Positions 24,341-36,936 of a stretch of DNA of 64,000 nucleotides are shown here, piece after piece. The position numbers and the translations under genes were made by a program. The notes under the pieces are model-generated. The model was given only the letters and a program-made list of their open reading frames with translations. It was not told the origin of the DNA and ran no database searches. Numbering within the stretch: the first letter of the stretch is position 1; each line of letters begins with the position of its first letter. Origin of the DNA: Diadema antillarum. Taxonomy: Eukaryota. The stretch is from positions 1,488,001 to 1,552,000 of the forward strand of contig NW_027271051.1 of the NCBI RefSeq assembly GCF_040938485.1, in the 5' to 3' direction.

Positions 24341-27314
24341 CCTTTTAATCACATTTAGATAGTCTATAGTTGCTATCCTGCAAGGCAAGTCCCATCAGGC
24401 GAACTTTAAAACGCTCCTCAAAACTTGAACTCGCCCACGTTCAATGCCTTTGACAGTCTTTGTATCTTCTATAGAATAATTAAGGTGAGCGTAACCGATG
24501 ATTAGTAACGTATGCATAATAATTCTCCAAATGGACGAGGTACTTTGGTATTCATTTTACTTGCTCGATACTCCTTATGTGCCTGGAATTTTTTTTCCTT
24601 TGCATTTTGTGGCTGTGACAAAGTCAGAAAAGTCACGAGCGAAATGGAGTAATATGCTCTGTGTCAGGTATAACAAACTTTTGTAAAGGAAGTGTAAATG
24701 ATTTTATCATGATTATGATAATCTACTGCAAATTGATTGCCCTCCTTTGTATCGATGTTTTTCCTGAAAAGCTGTCTTTTGACAGAAATATGATTACCAC
24801 TTTGATAATTCTATCATCAGAAAAGAAATTTGCAAAATAGTACAAATTGTGATAAACTCAGTCACTATAAGCTCCCGCAATTATTGTCTATATAATAGAA
24901 GCACGAAGATGGTTGAAGATGACTGTATTCACTCATTTCCTGTGAAGGCAAGCACTGCGAAGAAAATTAGTGAAATTAGAGTGAAATGAAGGATAATTTA
25001 ACAGTTAATTGTATAAGTGACGACCATGGTTCACAACCACTGTTGGAAGTTGTAATGAAATGATGATGATTTTTTTTCTTTGTTTACACTCCATTTAGTT
25101 TTAGAGCTTTAAAGTTTGCAAACGGAAATCGAGTTACAAGCAATACTGCGGAAAAGAGAGCATAAATACTCCTTGAGGTGAGATGTTCCTTCCGTAGAAC
25201 TATGCCAAAATAGACCGGAGTGTGTGGGAGTGTGAGTTAGCTCCACGTTGTACAGTACTACCGGTAGAGACTAAAGATTCTCCGTCTACAGGCCCAGAAA
25301 TGCTGACCTCGCATAAGGTCAGAGCGAGTCCGACTGGGAAAGTATAGTAAAAATAGGTCAAGTTTGGCATTTGATATCTTAACAGGTATGCAGAGAGGAA
25401 GGGGGGAGGGGTAATAGGGTGTATAATGTTTGATAACATTCATCGTCCTATATCGTCATAACCAATCATGTGGATAGGACACGGGAACATGGTATGATGC
25501 GCTGGTATATCTATACATCGCATAATTATGCTGATAATGCGTAGAACCAAGCAGGTTGCAGAGAGAACCAATGCCGTCATTCGTTGTATATGTCTCTGTA
25601 TGTAGGCCTACCTCTTACAATGCCCTGTATATTATTGGCATCAAAACTAATCGAAAAGAGTTCCCATTCCTGTGAAGCTTATATATGCATGAAAGCATTA
25701 ATAGTATGGAATTCGGAGCCTTTTTCATCCTCTTTAAATGCTTCCATTCGCCTATAAGAGGAGTTAGATAGGATCTAATCCTTCCTGATAAATCTGTTAT
25801 GATTTAAAACACAATCAGGCTCAGTAACATGAGATGTCTGTGTTGACTGAATAACTGATCACATCCTTGTCTAACTCCTCAATTACGTGGAAGTACTTCG
25901 GAAAGGTTTCGATGGGGTTGTTCGAAATAGATTTAGCCATAAACCAACCAGCAATCATCAAGTTTCATTCGTGTAATCACTTTCATTATATGCATAAGCC
26001 AATCTCTGGCAGTTGACAGTCCCAACATAAACGTTGCACTGGTGTATGATTACACATGCTAGACGGATATATGCGAGCACAGCCTGTCTTCCACACACTC
26101 ATGTTGGAATATTTAAACGCAGTTCTCTGATAATCCTCAAAAAACCGTGAAACTATGAAAAAGAGACAAGTGCCTATCCCTACACTTGTAATGAAGCCCT
26201 GATCATTTGAAGAGAGAAAGTAAGCATATTATTGTTTTTCATGTTTTTCTTTTCACGATCTGCTTTTGCAAATTCTCTTGACAACGGATTTTCGTGGCAA
26301 CCACAATAATCCTTGTCCGAGGTTTCGCTGTGGCTTGTCCAGTCAAGGTAATTTGCATTCACCCAGCCGAGTTTCAATTGTTTCAGTTCTTCAAATTTCA
26401 TGTTAGGCCCATCAAACCATTCTGTCGATGTAATTTGAGTTGAGTAGGATCAAAAACATCCGTAAGTTCGAATGCATTGTGAAACTGGTCTAACAATAGC
26501 AAAATGGACATAAGAGCTCTTGTACTGAACCAATTGACAAGAGAAAAAGGAAGAATGTAAAGAAAATATGAACAAAAAAGTAGAAACTTGATATCACTGA
26601 CGATAAGACAGAGCAGAAAAATAAATCGGGACAAGGGCCTGTCCGGCGCCCAGGTCCGGCGCAATTTGGACTTATGAAAATGTGAAAGTGGTTCGTGTTT
26701 GTGTTTTAAATGTATCTAACGTTGATTATAATTAGGTATACTGTTTGTATCTTCTGATTATTCCTTTCCCACAGTTTATACCTCGTTATCTTTGCATGAT
26801 TAATACACTGCATCTTCTGATGGGGATAGAGAATAACATGAAATTAGCCAGACATCCTTTTTTTATTAATATCAAAGAAAGTTTTTTTGGCTTTTGTTTT
26901 GTTTTGTTTTGTTTTTAAAGAAAGAGGTTTAGTGAGCAGCTTCTTCTCTGGCGCAAGGATGAAACTACAACCTTCCGGACATCAGAATTCTTGAAGTTGG
27001 ACACTGCTTGGCCAAACCAAGGAGGTAAAACCACCTTCTAATAAATAGCCAAGCTCAAACACGCGGGATGAGCGTCAGGTGGCAAAGTTACATGTACCCC
27101 GCCTGAACTGCTCCGCTATCTGAGGGGTGAGATGTGCTTCCTTACAGTCATCACCTCGGCAGGAAACCCCCGTGGTATTAGTCAGGCTAGGGGGCATCAG
27201 AGGGGGGACTCGAACTGTAAGGCTGGAAAGGAAACCACCGCTCCTTGAGCATCGATCTCTGCGTTCCGGTATATCGTCATTATGAGTTAAAGGGAATATA
27301 ATACGGGCTCTTGG

Positions 27315-27903
27315 AGGGAGAGTTCCAGGCCAGTTACAAGTTATACCGAAAGAAAGAGTAACATATATAATGTTACAACACAAACGCGAAAATTTGATTA
27401 AAAATAAAAGTTAGGAAGTTATGAAATTTGTAAAGATTCGCTAAGTTTTGCAAAACAGTTCTCGAACAGTTGATTGAGCTGACGATTTAATCACCTCTCA
27501 ATTTTCCATCGTATACAAAAATAAAATCGATTTTTCTGCCATAAAAATATGAAATAAGATGTGATTCATACCATGGCTGAACGACTTCAAAGTGATGGTT
27601 AGTATTAGGATTTTAGACTGTGCGCATAATCACGTTCGAACATAAAAACATAAAATTTTAAGATTTTATGTACAAACTATAATACGGCAAATTGTGAGAT
27701 GATGACATCATTAGCTCACTATTTGAATGCTCATATTGATTGTTTTAAGAACTGAATGTTTTTGTGAAATTAAGCGAAAATTCACAATTTCATGACTTCC
27801 CTAATTCTATCCGATTTTGGTCAAATATTTATCTGTTGTGTTTGTAAAATTTTACTCTTTCTTTTCAGACGAACATTAATTTTGATCGGTCAGGAATTCT
27901 CCT
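27315..27903. mobile_element. Kolobok-like (TTAA) MITE, left end degraded
   Basis: Right end ..caggaattctcct|TTAA. The two ends are long imperfect inverted repeats (aaagaaagagtaa..aaatttgatxaaaa..ggaagtxatgaaatt). Confidence 0.55.
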
Positions 27904-28953
27904 TTAAGTAAAAAAAGAGAATGAATGAATCAATGCATTAAAACAACACAAACAACAAATGCTCATTTTTCATCGTAGAGAAGACCTTACTCCATAATAA
28001 TTATGGACTTGATAGCGTGGCAGGCTTTTCAATTTTGCCAATCCAAACATACAGAACTTGGATTAGTGATACATACACTGTTGTTGTATCATTTAGATTC
28101 ATCTGTCAAATGTCAGAAGTTCAATTTTTGATTAGATCGTACAAGGTTGAAAACTGGTTATGACTGGTTTAAACTACCAGGTAATTTCGTTCCTTTATGT
28201 CATTAGTATACACGGAAAGGAATGCTCCCTTGAAAGTCGGTTTCATTGCCGAAGGACACGGGGTATAACAGACAGGAAAAGTTGATGAAACTTTGCTTAG
28301 CGTCAAATGTTGGATGCCTCATGGTCCAAAGGCATGAGTCACTTTCAAAGTGCATTCGAAATTTCGTTTGTTCTATGTGCAAAGTATAATGAGCAACGTG
28401 CGAAGTGTACTTGAACTCACTGTATTTGGTTGAAAAAAAGAAGATTTATCACAATAATTCCAAGATTCCTCAGGTATAGCATTCCTCTCTTGCAGGAAGA
28501 ACAATTAATGCCTGCAAGACTGGAATAGTTTACCAAGATTCAACTTCAAAGGTCATTGTCACAAACGGTGTTCCTATAGCAAGTGTAGGGCCTACTTCTC
28601 TGAGTATTGCACCATGATAGTGCGTGCAAGTATAGTGTCAGATCGAACCCTTCCATCACTACCTGGTACCTGTCATTAAAATGGGAGCACCTGCATGGTA
28701 GCAGGGAGGTTTCCTCTCACCTCCCTGATGGTAGACAATCGTTTCCGTATAGGTTATAGGAAATGTTAAAAATGTGTTTTTTTTGCGTTTTTCTTTTAAA
28801 TCCAAATTAGCAATCACTGAACAATGAAAAAAAGCACATTTCGTCTTCTTCGCTTGAAGATACTCTGACATGAAACAATGTACAACTATTTTCTACAATC
28901 ATTGCCCACTTTTTTCACTTCACACAGTTTTGCTTACATTATTCTCTGTTACC

Positions 28954-29151
28954 NNNNNNNNNNNNNNNNNNNNNNNNNNNNNNNNNNNNNNNNNNNNNNN
29001 NNNNNNNNNNNNNNNNNNNNNNNNNNNNNNNNNNNNNNNNNNNNNNNNNNNNNNNNNNNNNNNNNNNNNNNNNNNNNNNNNNNNNNNNNNNNNNNNNNNN
29101 NNNNNNNNNNNNNNNNNNNNNNNNNNNNNNNNNNNNNNNNNNNNNNNNNNN
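28954..29151. other. Assembly gap (N run)
   Basis: 198 N. Confidence 1.
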
Positions 29152-32100
29152 GAAATAGAATTTGAATTGAGTTGAATTGAATTGAATTGAACGTCTGATG
29201 GTCTAACTTGATTTATATATTGTTCCCGAATCCTCAGTGATGAGACATTGCTTATTAACCCATCTTATAAAGGTATCCCATCATTCCTCCAAACCGTTCG
29301 AATTTCCACATAAAGGTATCAAAATCAGAACTCAATTTCCGGAACCTATCATCAAGAAACCCATGGAAACGTTTTGCATCTTGTCACGGAACAGTTACAT
29401 CAGTGGCAATCATATCATGAAAGTGATATGAAGTCATATATTTATAGTGTCGTGGTCGTGCAAGAGTTTCTTCTGCTTAACTTAAAATCAAGTGTAAACA
29501 CTACTTGTGTCTTTATGAACAAATTGTTGTTGTGTTCCTTTAATCTGAAGTGATGACTGTTATACCACCTGTACTTTCGACTAAGACATCTGGTATCTCA
29601 GGTGACATCACCTCCGACAATTTCGCTCATGTGGCCGACATCACTACTCAGTGAAAACATAACGTGACACTTTAAGATACTCTCGTAAATTTCTCTCTTT
29701 TTTTTCAAGAAACTTCATAATTTTCTCAGTTGATTAGAGTCAACTTGAAGTTGAGGAAGAATTTTAAGCCCATTTATCACTGAAGCTTGTCTCTGAAAAG
29801 TGATGAATTAATATTTCAATATTGAGTCTTTAATAAATTGTAAATCAGAGCTGCATGATGAGCATACAGTGTACCTTCCCCCGTTCGAAGAATCAAACAA
29901 TGTGTTTTTCAAGCACTGTCACTTTCTAAAGAGGTGACACATTTATTTGAACATAGTTATGCACTTTACTATTGATTATACGATTGTACATAAAGTACTA
30001 CATAATTATTCATGTATTTGATTGTGATTTGATTCTGAAATCCAGAAAAAAAAATCCATGTGAAAACAATTGGAAATCACATCAAATCAAACAAAATTTA
30101 TCAGTCTTCTTGTGGCGATGTATCAGGCTTAATCAAAATGAACAGAACGGGAAAAATGCATTAAGACTGATGGAGATATAAATCTCCAGGTTTTACCTGT
30201 TTTCATAAATCAGTAATATCGATTACAATATAGCACATGCAGATCAGATAAGCTGATGAAGTCAACATGCTACAAGTCTAATTTCCTTTTCTAGATTGAA
30301 AGCAAACATAAGTAATCATATCCATTGAATCAATACTTTTAGAGTAATAGAAAAGTAACTGTCTTGATTTTCAAATTAATTATCAACGAAGATCAATGCA
30401 ATATTCTTTTGCATGTATGGTTAATAGCATAATGTAGGTAAGTCTTAGGGAAAGTAATGATAACATCACTTAATTGCCCATCAAAGAGCACTAACTTGAG
30501 GTTGCGACTTATGTGACAACTTTGTGAAAATATGTGAAAGTCAAAATTTTCATTACTCTCAAGTCATTTGCTTTTATGTTCGATGTTGATAAAACTCTAT
30601 TTCTTTGTTTCTTTGATTTTAAATCATGCTCATGACACTGAACTGAGAATATTTCAGTACTTGGAACCTATATTTGTTACTCTGGTTAGTAGAGGTTGAG
30701 AAGACTCTGAACTGTTGTTCTTTCTTATTATTCAGGTATACTTAAGATTTGAACGTTTCATGAGTTTCATTATGTTTATGCGATAACAAGAAGTTATTTT
30801 ACTTATTATCCAAATAAAATATTACTGTACGAGAATTAGGAGATGTAGTTATAAATAGCATCATCCTCCCCCATTCTCTTTTTTCTTTTCTTAAGTTTAT
30901 CTTATTGTCTATTCTTTGAAAGTTTACTAGCTGTTTATTGTGCTCGTTTACTGTACAGTTATGTTTTTAAACTGTTTCAAAGCTCGTACACTCAGACCCA
31001 GTGACTAAGCACAAATGAATGGAAACGTAACACTCTCAGCAATTGAAGGTGATGGTACTTTTAGTTCCAAGAAGAGCTCTGAGCCGTTAAATTAATTTCG
31101 AAAAATTCGATTGCACTGGCATGAACGTTCATTTTACGAGAGTAATATCTGAGGGTATATTATATATAGGCAGGCGACGTTCACACTCTGATTCGAATCA
31201 TCGTTCTATGATAATCATGCAGGCAAAACCTGGCTGAGGGAGGCCATGCACGTGCCTACTCGAAATCAAGCACCTGATCCATTCTCATTTCACGTGACGA
31301 GGGTTGGAATCCTTTACGTAACGCTGCTGTAGCGCACAATCAATGTGTCCTGCGTGGATAAATCACCATAATAGTATTTTCTTACTGAATGAGCAGAGAC
31401 GTGTGTACGAAGGGGGAGAGAGAGAGACCAACAAGGTAATCAGACAGGTGGGCGTGTCTCTTCCCCCTACTCCCCGGTTCCGTAGCTCCATGGTCATACC
31501 AAAGAGGTACAAGGCAACAGCTATATAGTATAGGCCTACCTCCTTCGTTGTAAATATACATTTGTACCATGGAGCTATCATGGCTACATGGTTGTATACC
31601 AAGGAGTGTAATACCTGTTGTACCATGCACCCATCGTTGTAGGTCCATGGTTGTACTAGGAGCTTCAAGTTTGTTCCAAGGTGGCATAGTTAATATCAGT
31701 GAACGAAATATATCCATGACGATCTAGATGGGTTAAGAAGAAAATGTCTGAAGATTGGAGAATAGGATGATAATAGAGAAATCAAACTGATATAGGCCCT
31801 ATGAGAATTTATAGAATAGAGATGTATGGAGAGAGTACCAATCAGCATAAAAAATGAAGATGAAACAATGAAAAGGAAAAAAATGGAGAACCTGTTTTCA
31901 CATTGATAAACAGAATAAAAGATATTATACCGTATTAAATATGTATAATTACGAAAATCCCTAACTCAAGTCAGAAGGCATAGGGTAACTTTAAAAAAGG
32001 TGAAAGCGAAGGACGCTCACATTATCGAATACAGCTGTTTTCACCTGAAGCGGCAGGATGTTCAATGAACGTGCAAACTCGGAATGAGAGACATGTCATC

Positions 32101-33928
32101 CGCGTGCCAAAGATTACAGCAACCGCAAAGTGTCAAAGTGGTCATTAATCATGTATTAGGTCTTTATCGGAGCGATTTGACCTTCCGAAAGTAATATCTG
32201 GCCTTGTAAGTCAACTTTGTACATTTCCCTCGTGGACGAAATCTAAAGTATGTCCTTGTCTGACAAAATACTATGGGATGGGTTCGTTCTACGACCCCCC
32301 CCCCCCAAAAAAAAAAAAGAAAGAAAGAAAGAAAAGAAAAGAAAAGACAGAATAAATATTAAAAATCTTATGCTGTGCGACTTATATGTAGTTCCTATAT
32401 ATGCAGACAGTAGAATTCCGCAGTCTATTAATTTTCTACCGTGCGTGGCATTCTGGTTAGAATAGCGTTTAGTACACTATGAGCTTTCTCCCTACCCGTA
32501 AGTTTAGGTACCGAAGGTCATGGTATGTATGCATTCCGTAATTTTCCCGTTTACCTTTCTTTGTAAGGCGAGACATCTTCTTGTCTGCACAGCAGTTATG
32601 TACCAGGTGGAATTCTCGTGCATCTCATTTATTCTTTCATTATCTATTTCAAAATTTCCAAAAGAAACACACACATATATTTATATTTTTTAAACAAAAT
32701 TTGAATGCATAGATTACATAAAATTAACAATGTACAATACAATATTTCTGAAGCTTTAAAGGGCACTTTATACCAGTTGCCCCATGAGAAGTTATTGGTC
32801 CTTATCGTGAGATGCTTGAATGACCAAGGTGAATACTAATAGTCTGTTGTCAAGCCATCACAACTTCATGAACTGTCGATATGTCACACCTATCTAGCCC
32901 TGAGCTTGATATTCCAGGGCCCCCATGACCTGTGCCTAACCATGTGCAACTGCATGGCATGACTGGACATTTCCTGAAAAAAAAAATAGATGAAGTCACT
33001 ATACCAAAGTCACCGAGTGAGGTCACCCAACCAAAAACATATAGTCATCGGTATTATAATGTATTATAACACCTTTTATTCATTTGTGGTTGATTTGAAA
33101 TAATTAAAGAGAAAAGAAAAATAATATCCCCACTGTTATATTGAATGATAAAACGATCGCTGAGAGACTGAGCATAAACAGTGTTGCAATTGGACAGAGA
33201 ATTCAGTTCTCAATGTCAGTGCTTTAAACACGGGAGAAGATTGCACCCAGTCTGATCATAAGCTCCTGGTATCATGCTAGAAGTGTAGATACGATACTCA
33301 GAGGAGCAGGTTGTAACTTTGATAATCAGGAAGTCACAGCTATTTTGTCAGCGCCTTTGCGACTGCACTTTACAAAATTGCCACTGAAAATGGGAGGGTA
33401 GGCATACAAGCAGTTTACGAGGTCCGTCTTTAAATTGAAGGTCATGTACTGACAACAGTACCATAGGGCTATCTCGAACATCACTCAATATTCATTCATT
33501 TATGACATATATTTTTCCTACGAATTGAAACGTTCTTGACACGTAAGTACCAAAGTCCTGCGTGACTAGAGGTATAGGCCTAATTATAAACAACATCAAT
33601 ATTATCACGTACTTGTATTTTCTTGTTTAGTCAGACGCTTTTTTTTCTTATCCGTGGTATTATTTTATTCTAGTTATAATTTATTATAGCTATAAAGTGA
33701 ACATATTGATATGTTACGCATCGTGCAGCACATTGCAATGTGAAAAGATTGTAATGAAGTTTTGAAGCTGCATGACCCCGAGAGGAATTTATTTATTTAT
33801 CTATTTATGTATTCATCTATTTATTTATTTATTTATTTATTTATTTATCTATTTATTTATTTACTAATATTTACTTATCAAAGCCCCCTGCATGCAGTTT
33901 TTTATGTGGATTTATACTTCATATTATA

Positions 33929-34201
33929 CTCTCTAAAAAAAATCGAGTGAAAATATTCAAAAAAAGTAAATTTAGAGTAAAATTGGAGTAAATTTTGAGT
34001 GAAAATGTTCATTTTCACTCATTTTGGAGTGACCTCAATAAAGGATCACTCGAAGATTTCGGAGTGATCCCTGAGGTCACTCTAAAACGAGTGAAAATGA
34101 ACATTTTCACTCTAAATTCACTCCAATTTCACTCTAAATTCACTCTTTTTTGTATTCACTCCTTTAAGAGTGAATATTTTCACTCGATCTTTTTTAGAGA
34201 G
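33929..34201. mobile_element. Palindromic MITE with TA TSD
   Basis: TA|CTCTCTAAAAAAAATCGAGTGAAAATATTCA ... TGAATATTTTCACTCGATCTTTTTTAGAGAG|TA, with internal GAGTG/CACTC repeats. Confidence 0.85.
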
Positions 34202-35661
34202 TACATCATCATAATCTTTATGAGGTGTTGTGCTTATATTAAAGCTTTTAGGAAGATGGCGAGTAAAAACAAAATGTAAAAGGTAAACCTGTCAAGTTAA
34301 CATTGAATAATAATGAATATCAGTCCAAACGTTATGTTGAAATGTCACCATCCATGCAATTACTGTGTGCATCTTTTTTTTCCTCAAAATTGTACTGAAC
34401 ATTTCACTAGGATGAAGAGTATACCATGATAAATACGTCATGTACCTCGAACAGTTTTACCACCGATGTACCACTGGGTTTTCTTCCCTTATACCATTTT
34501 TACCGCTGCCATCACTTTTCTACCTCCAACGCAATAATTGTTTCACCTCTGACATTCTTGCAACAAGCGTCTTGGAATAGAAAAGGGCAAAGATGAACCT
34601 GATGTCCAAAGACAAAATACGTGTATGAATATTTGACATTTCAAACAATTCCCTCAAAATTAAGTTGCGCCATCGTTTAAGAAACTTCAGCTCAAATTCG
34701 ATGAAATGAAAACACACACACACACACACACACCCACACACACACATGATTATAACAAATCAAGCAAATGCTCTCTTTGTTAACGAAAAACTTTAATGAA
34801 ATACAAATGAATTGTGTGTGTGTGTGTGTGTGTGTGTGCATACATAAATGGATTGGACTTGAAATGCAGTCTTTTTTTAGACCGCAAAAAGCACGTGTAC
34901 CAGAGCATCTTCCCTTCAGTTTGACATTAACTATCATCTCAGATCACTATGACTCCTGTTGACATGCATGTTCTCTCCACAACGTGAGGGTTGAAATAAA
35001 GATAGCGTGATGACAACTGATGAGTAATGCAATTTTTCCTCGCCACACGACATTTAACCGCGTTTCCCTTCCGTTTTGTTTATATTTTTGCGTGTGCGTC
35101 ATTTTCCAGCGTAGCCCGTGATCACGCTCTCAGGCACGAGCGTTCTCTTCGGACAACGATTACAGCGGCACCTGCCCGCAATCTTAGTTCCTGGTCATTG
35201 CTGGTGGTGTTCGCGATTGTCTCAGATCTGATCGCTTGTCATCACCGGAAACCTAAAATCATTGCGAACACGCATTATATAACAACAGCTGATATCTCTG
35301 CCTCTCTATAATGGTTCTTTCTCTCTGAGAATCATATTTTAACTCTTTTCATTTCATTTTTTTATTATCCCACCTCCGTCTCTTCTCAACCTTGCAGTGA
35401 TATCCTCCAGTGATGCATGCACATTTTTACTACACATACAATAAAAAGACAGTGGGTGTACAAAACATTTCCAACTCTCCGCGCATTCCATTGTATGACT
35501 CAGCATTATATCAGTAAAAATGAGGCAAAATCTAATCGACTCAAGTTTCAACGTCTTCGAGTATAAACTGTCATCTTTCATGTCTTAAAACAATACTCTG
35601 TGAAGTTCTCTGCGACATTAATATCAAATACCCCGTCCTTCAATGGAGTCTCCCAAACTCA

Positions 35662-36231
35662 TCACAAAGTGCCTATGTCATTTCTCAGGGTGTTGACAAG
35701 GCAACCGACGTTGAACTCTAACCAGGGCCGAAACGTCGAGTTCGTTCGGTGCGACGCGAACTTAAAGCCTGCACACGTTATGTTTGCATTTCCCACAGGC
35801 CGTGAGAAAACCTGTCTTGTGACGTTGTCGAAGTGGATGGCGACGATACCAGTATTGTGATTATCTTTGCGATCGTGCTTGAAGTGAACAAAATCACTGA
35901 AAAAGAGTGTTGAAATATTGCAACAGATAATAATATGAACAGTAGCTGACTGTGACGTGAAATTCTTTTTGAAAGACGCGCAATTTAAATCCCTCCGTCT
36001 CCGAAACTCGCTCAAGATGAATCTCCAAATCGGCAACGCGGAAGTTACAACAAAGGGAAACATAGGCGAAGCGGAAGAGACCTTTGGAATGCCAGGTTTG
36101 GTATGCGGGCAACAATAGTGCCCGTCTATTGATATTACTGCCTGCCGTTCAAATACGGCGAGAATAGCTCCTGGCTGGTCCTTTCGGTCTTGGGGTTCTG
36201 TGTCGGAGTGCTTTGTACGATTCCTCCTCAA
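35662..36231 (-). CDS. Orphan 189-codon ORF in a CpG-rich island; product unknown
   Basis: Longest non-repeat ORF between the two genes. The distal half has C-ending codon bias (ATC GTC GCC ATC CAC TTC GAC AAC GTC) and GIVAIHFDNVTRQVF, weakly YWTD-like. A ctttttcag acceptor near 35900 could define an exon. Confidence 0.3.
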   Translation of the reverse strand: MRRNRTKHSDTEPQDRKDQPGAILAVFERQAVISIDGHYCCPHTKPGIPKVSSASPMFPFVVTSALPIWRFILSEFRRRRDLNCASFKKNFTSQSATVHIIICCNISTLFFSDFVHFKHDRKDNHNTGIVAIHFDNVTRQVFSRPVGNANITCAGFKFASHRTNSTFRPWLEFNVGCLVNTLRNDIGTL

Positions 36232-36880
36232 AAGAGATTATCTAGTCAAAAAAGGTTATGCTTACATTTGCACAATACGCCCCAATCTTCCACGGTTTCT
36301 GTTACATCGAGTGCCATCGCGTGATATGGAAAAGAGGGGGAAAGGCCGTGCAGGATGTGTTATCTTTATTACCTTCAAAATTCTTTCGAAAGGCTGCTTT
36401 GCTTTTTGATAGGAAAAAGAAATGAATAATTGCACTTTAATATTCATATTTCTGTGATATTTGATCGGTATATCACAGTAACCAAGGTATACGTTTTTTG
36501 ACCTAAAACGTTCAACATGTCTGTTAAAATATATATCCTGAACACCACGAGCATTATACTATACTTCGGTTAGTCTGTGTCTTTGAAATTGCATACCCAT
36601 CAGCAAGGATGAAATAAGTGTAGAAAAGACTTCGAGCAAAAATTGTCGTAATAGGCAAGTAATTTTGAGATGACGAAAGTTTGTCTAACTTTAGAATGTA
36701 AGTCTAACTTTGAAACTTTACAGAACTGACTGGAGGATGATAAGAATGGTACTAAACTCTTTTGTTCTCATTTTCTACGAGGCATCGTAGCCATGATATT
36801 CGTTGTCAGTAAATTATAAATGCTCATAATAATATACTTTTGATTACAGTGAATATGCGTCTTAACCAATGTACCACAGG

Positions 36881-36883
<3 letters not shown>

Positions 36884-36931
<48 letters not shown>
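36884..36931. repeat. (TA)n microsatellite
   Basis: Seen directly. Confidence 0.95.

Positions 36932-36936
<5 letters not shown>

Noticed and set aside
28496-29650. Short protein-like + strand frames after acceptor-like sites (GRTINACKTG..PTSLSIAP*, MTVIPPVLSTK..)
   Set aside because: They end in stops, cannot be linked to a gene model, and lie around an assembly gap.
32178-32520. Possible MITE with TGACCTTC(C/G)G ends
   Set aside because: Only about 10 bp of inverted match and no clear TSD.
35110-35240. AFSSDNDY..C..WW..C..S, resembling a fibrinogen C-terminal domain
   Set aside because: Needs a stop read-through and two frameshifts, and no other FReD exons were found nearby.
36120-36230. 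+ strand YYCLPFKY..WLVLSVLGFCVGVLCTIP, resembling GPCR TM3-TM4
   Set aside because: Needs a frameshift, lacks DRY and TM1/TM2 signatures, and overlaps a longer ORF on the other strand.
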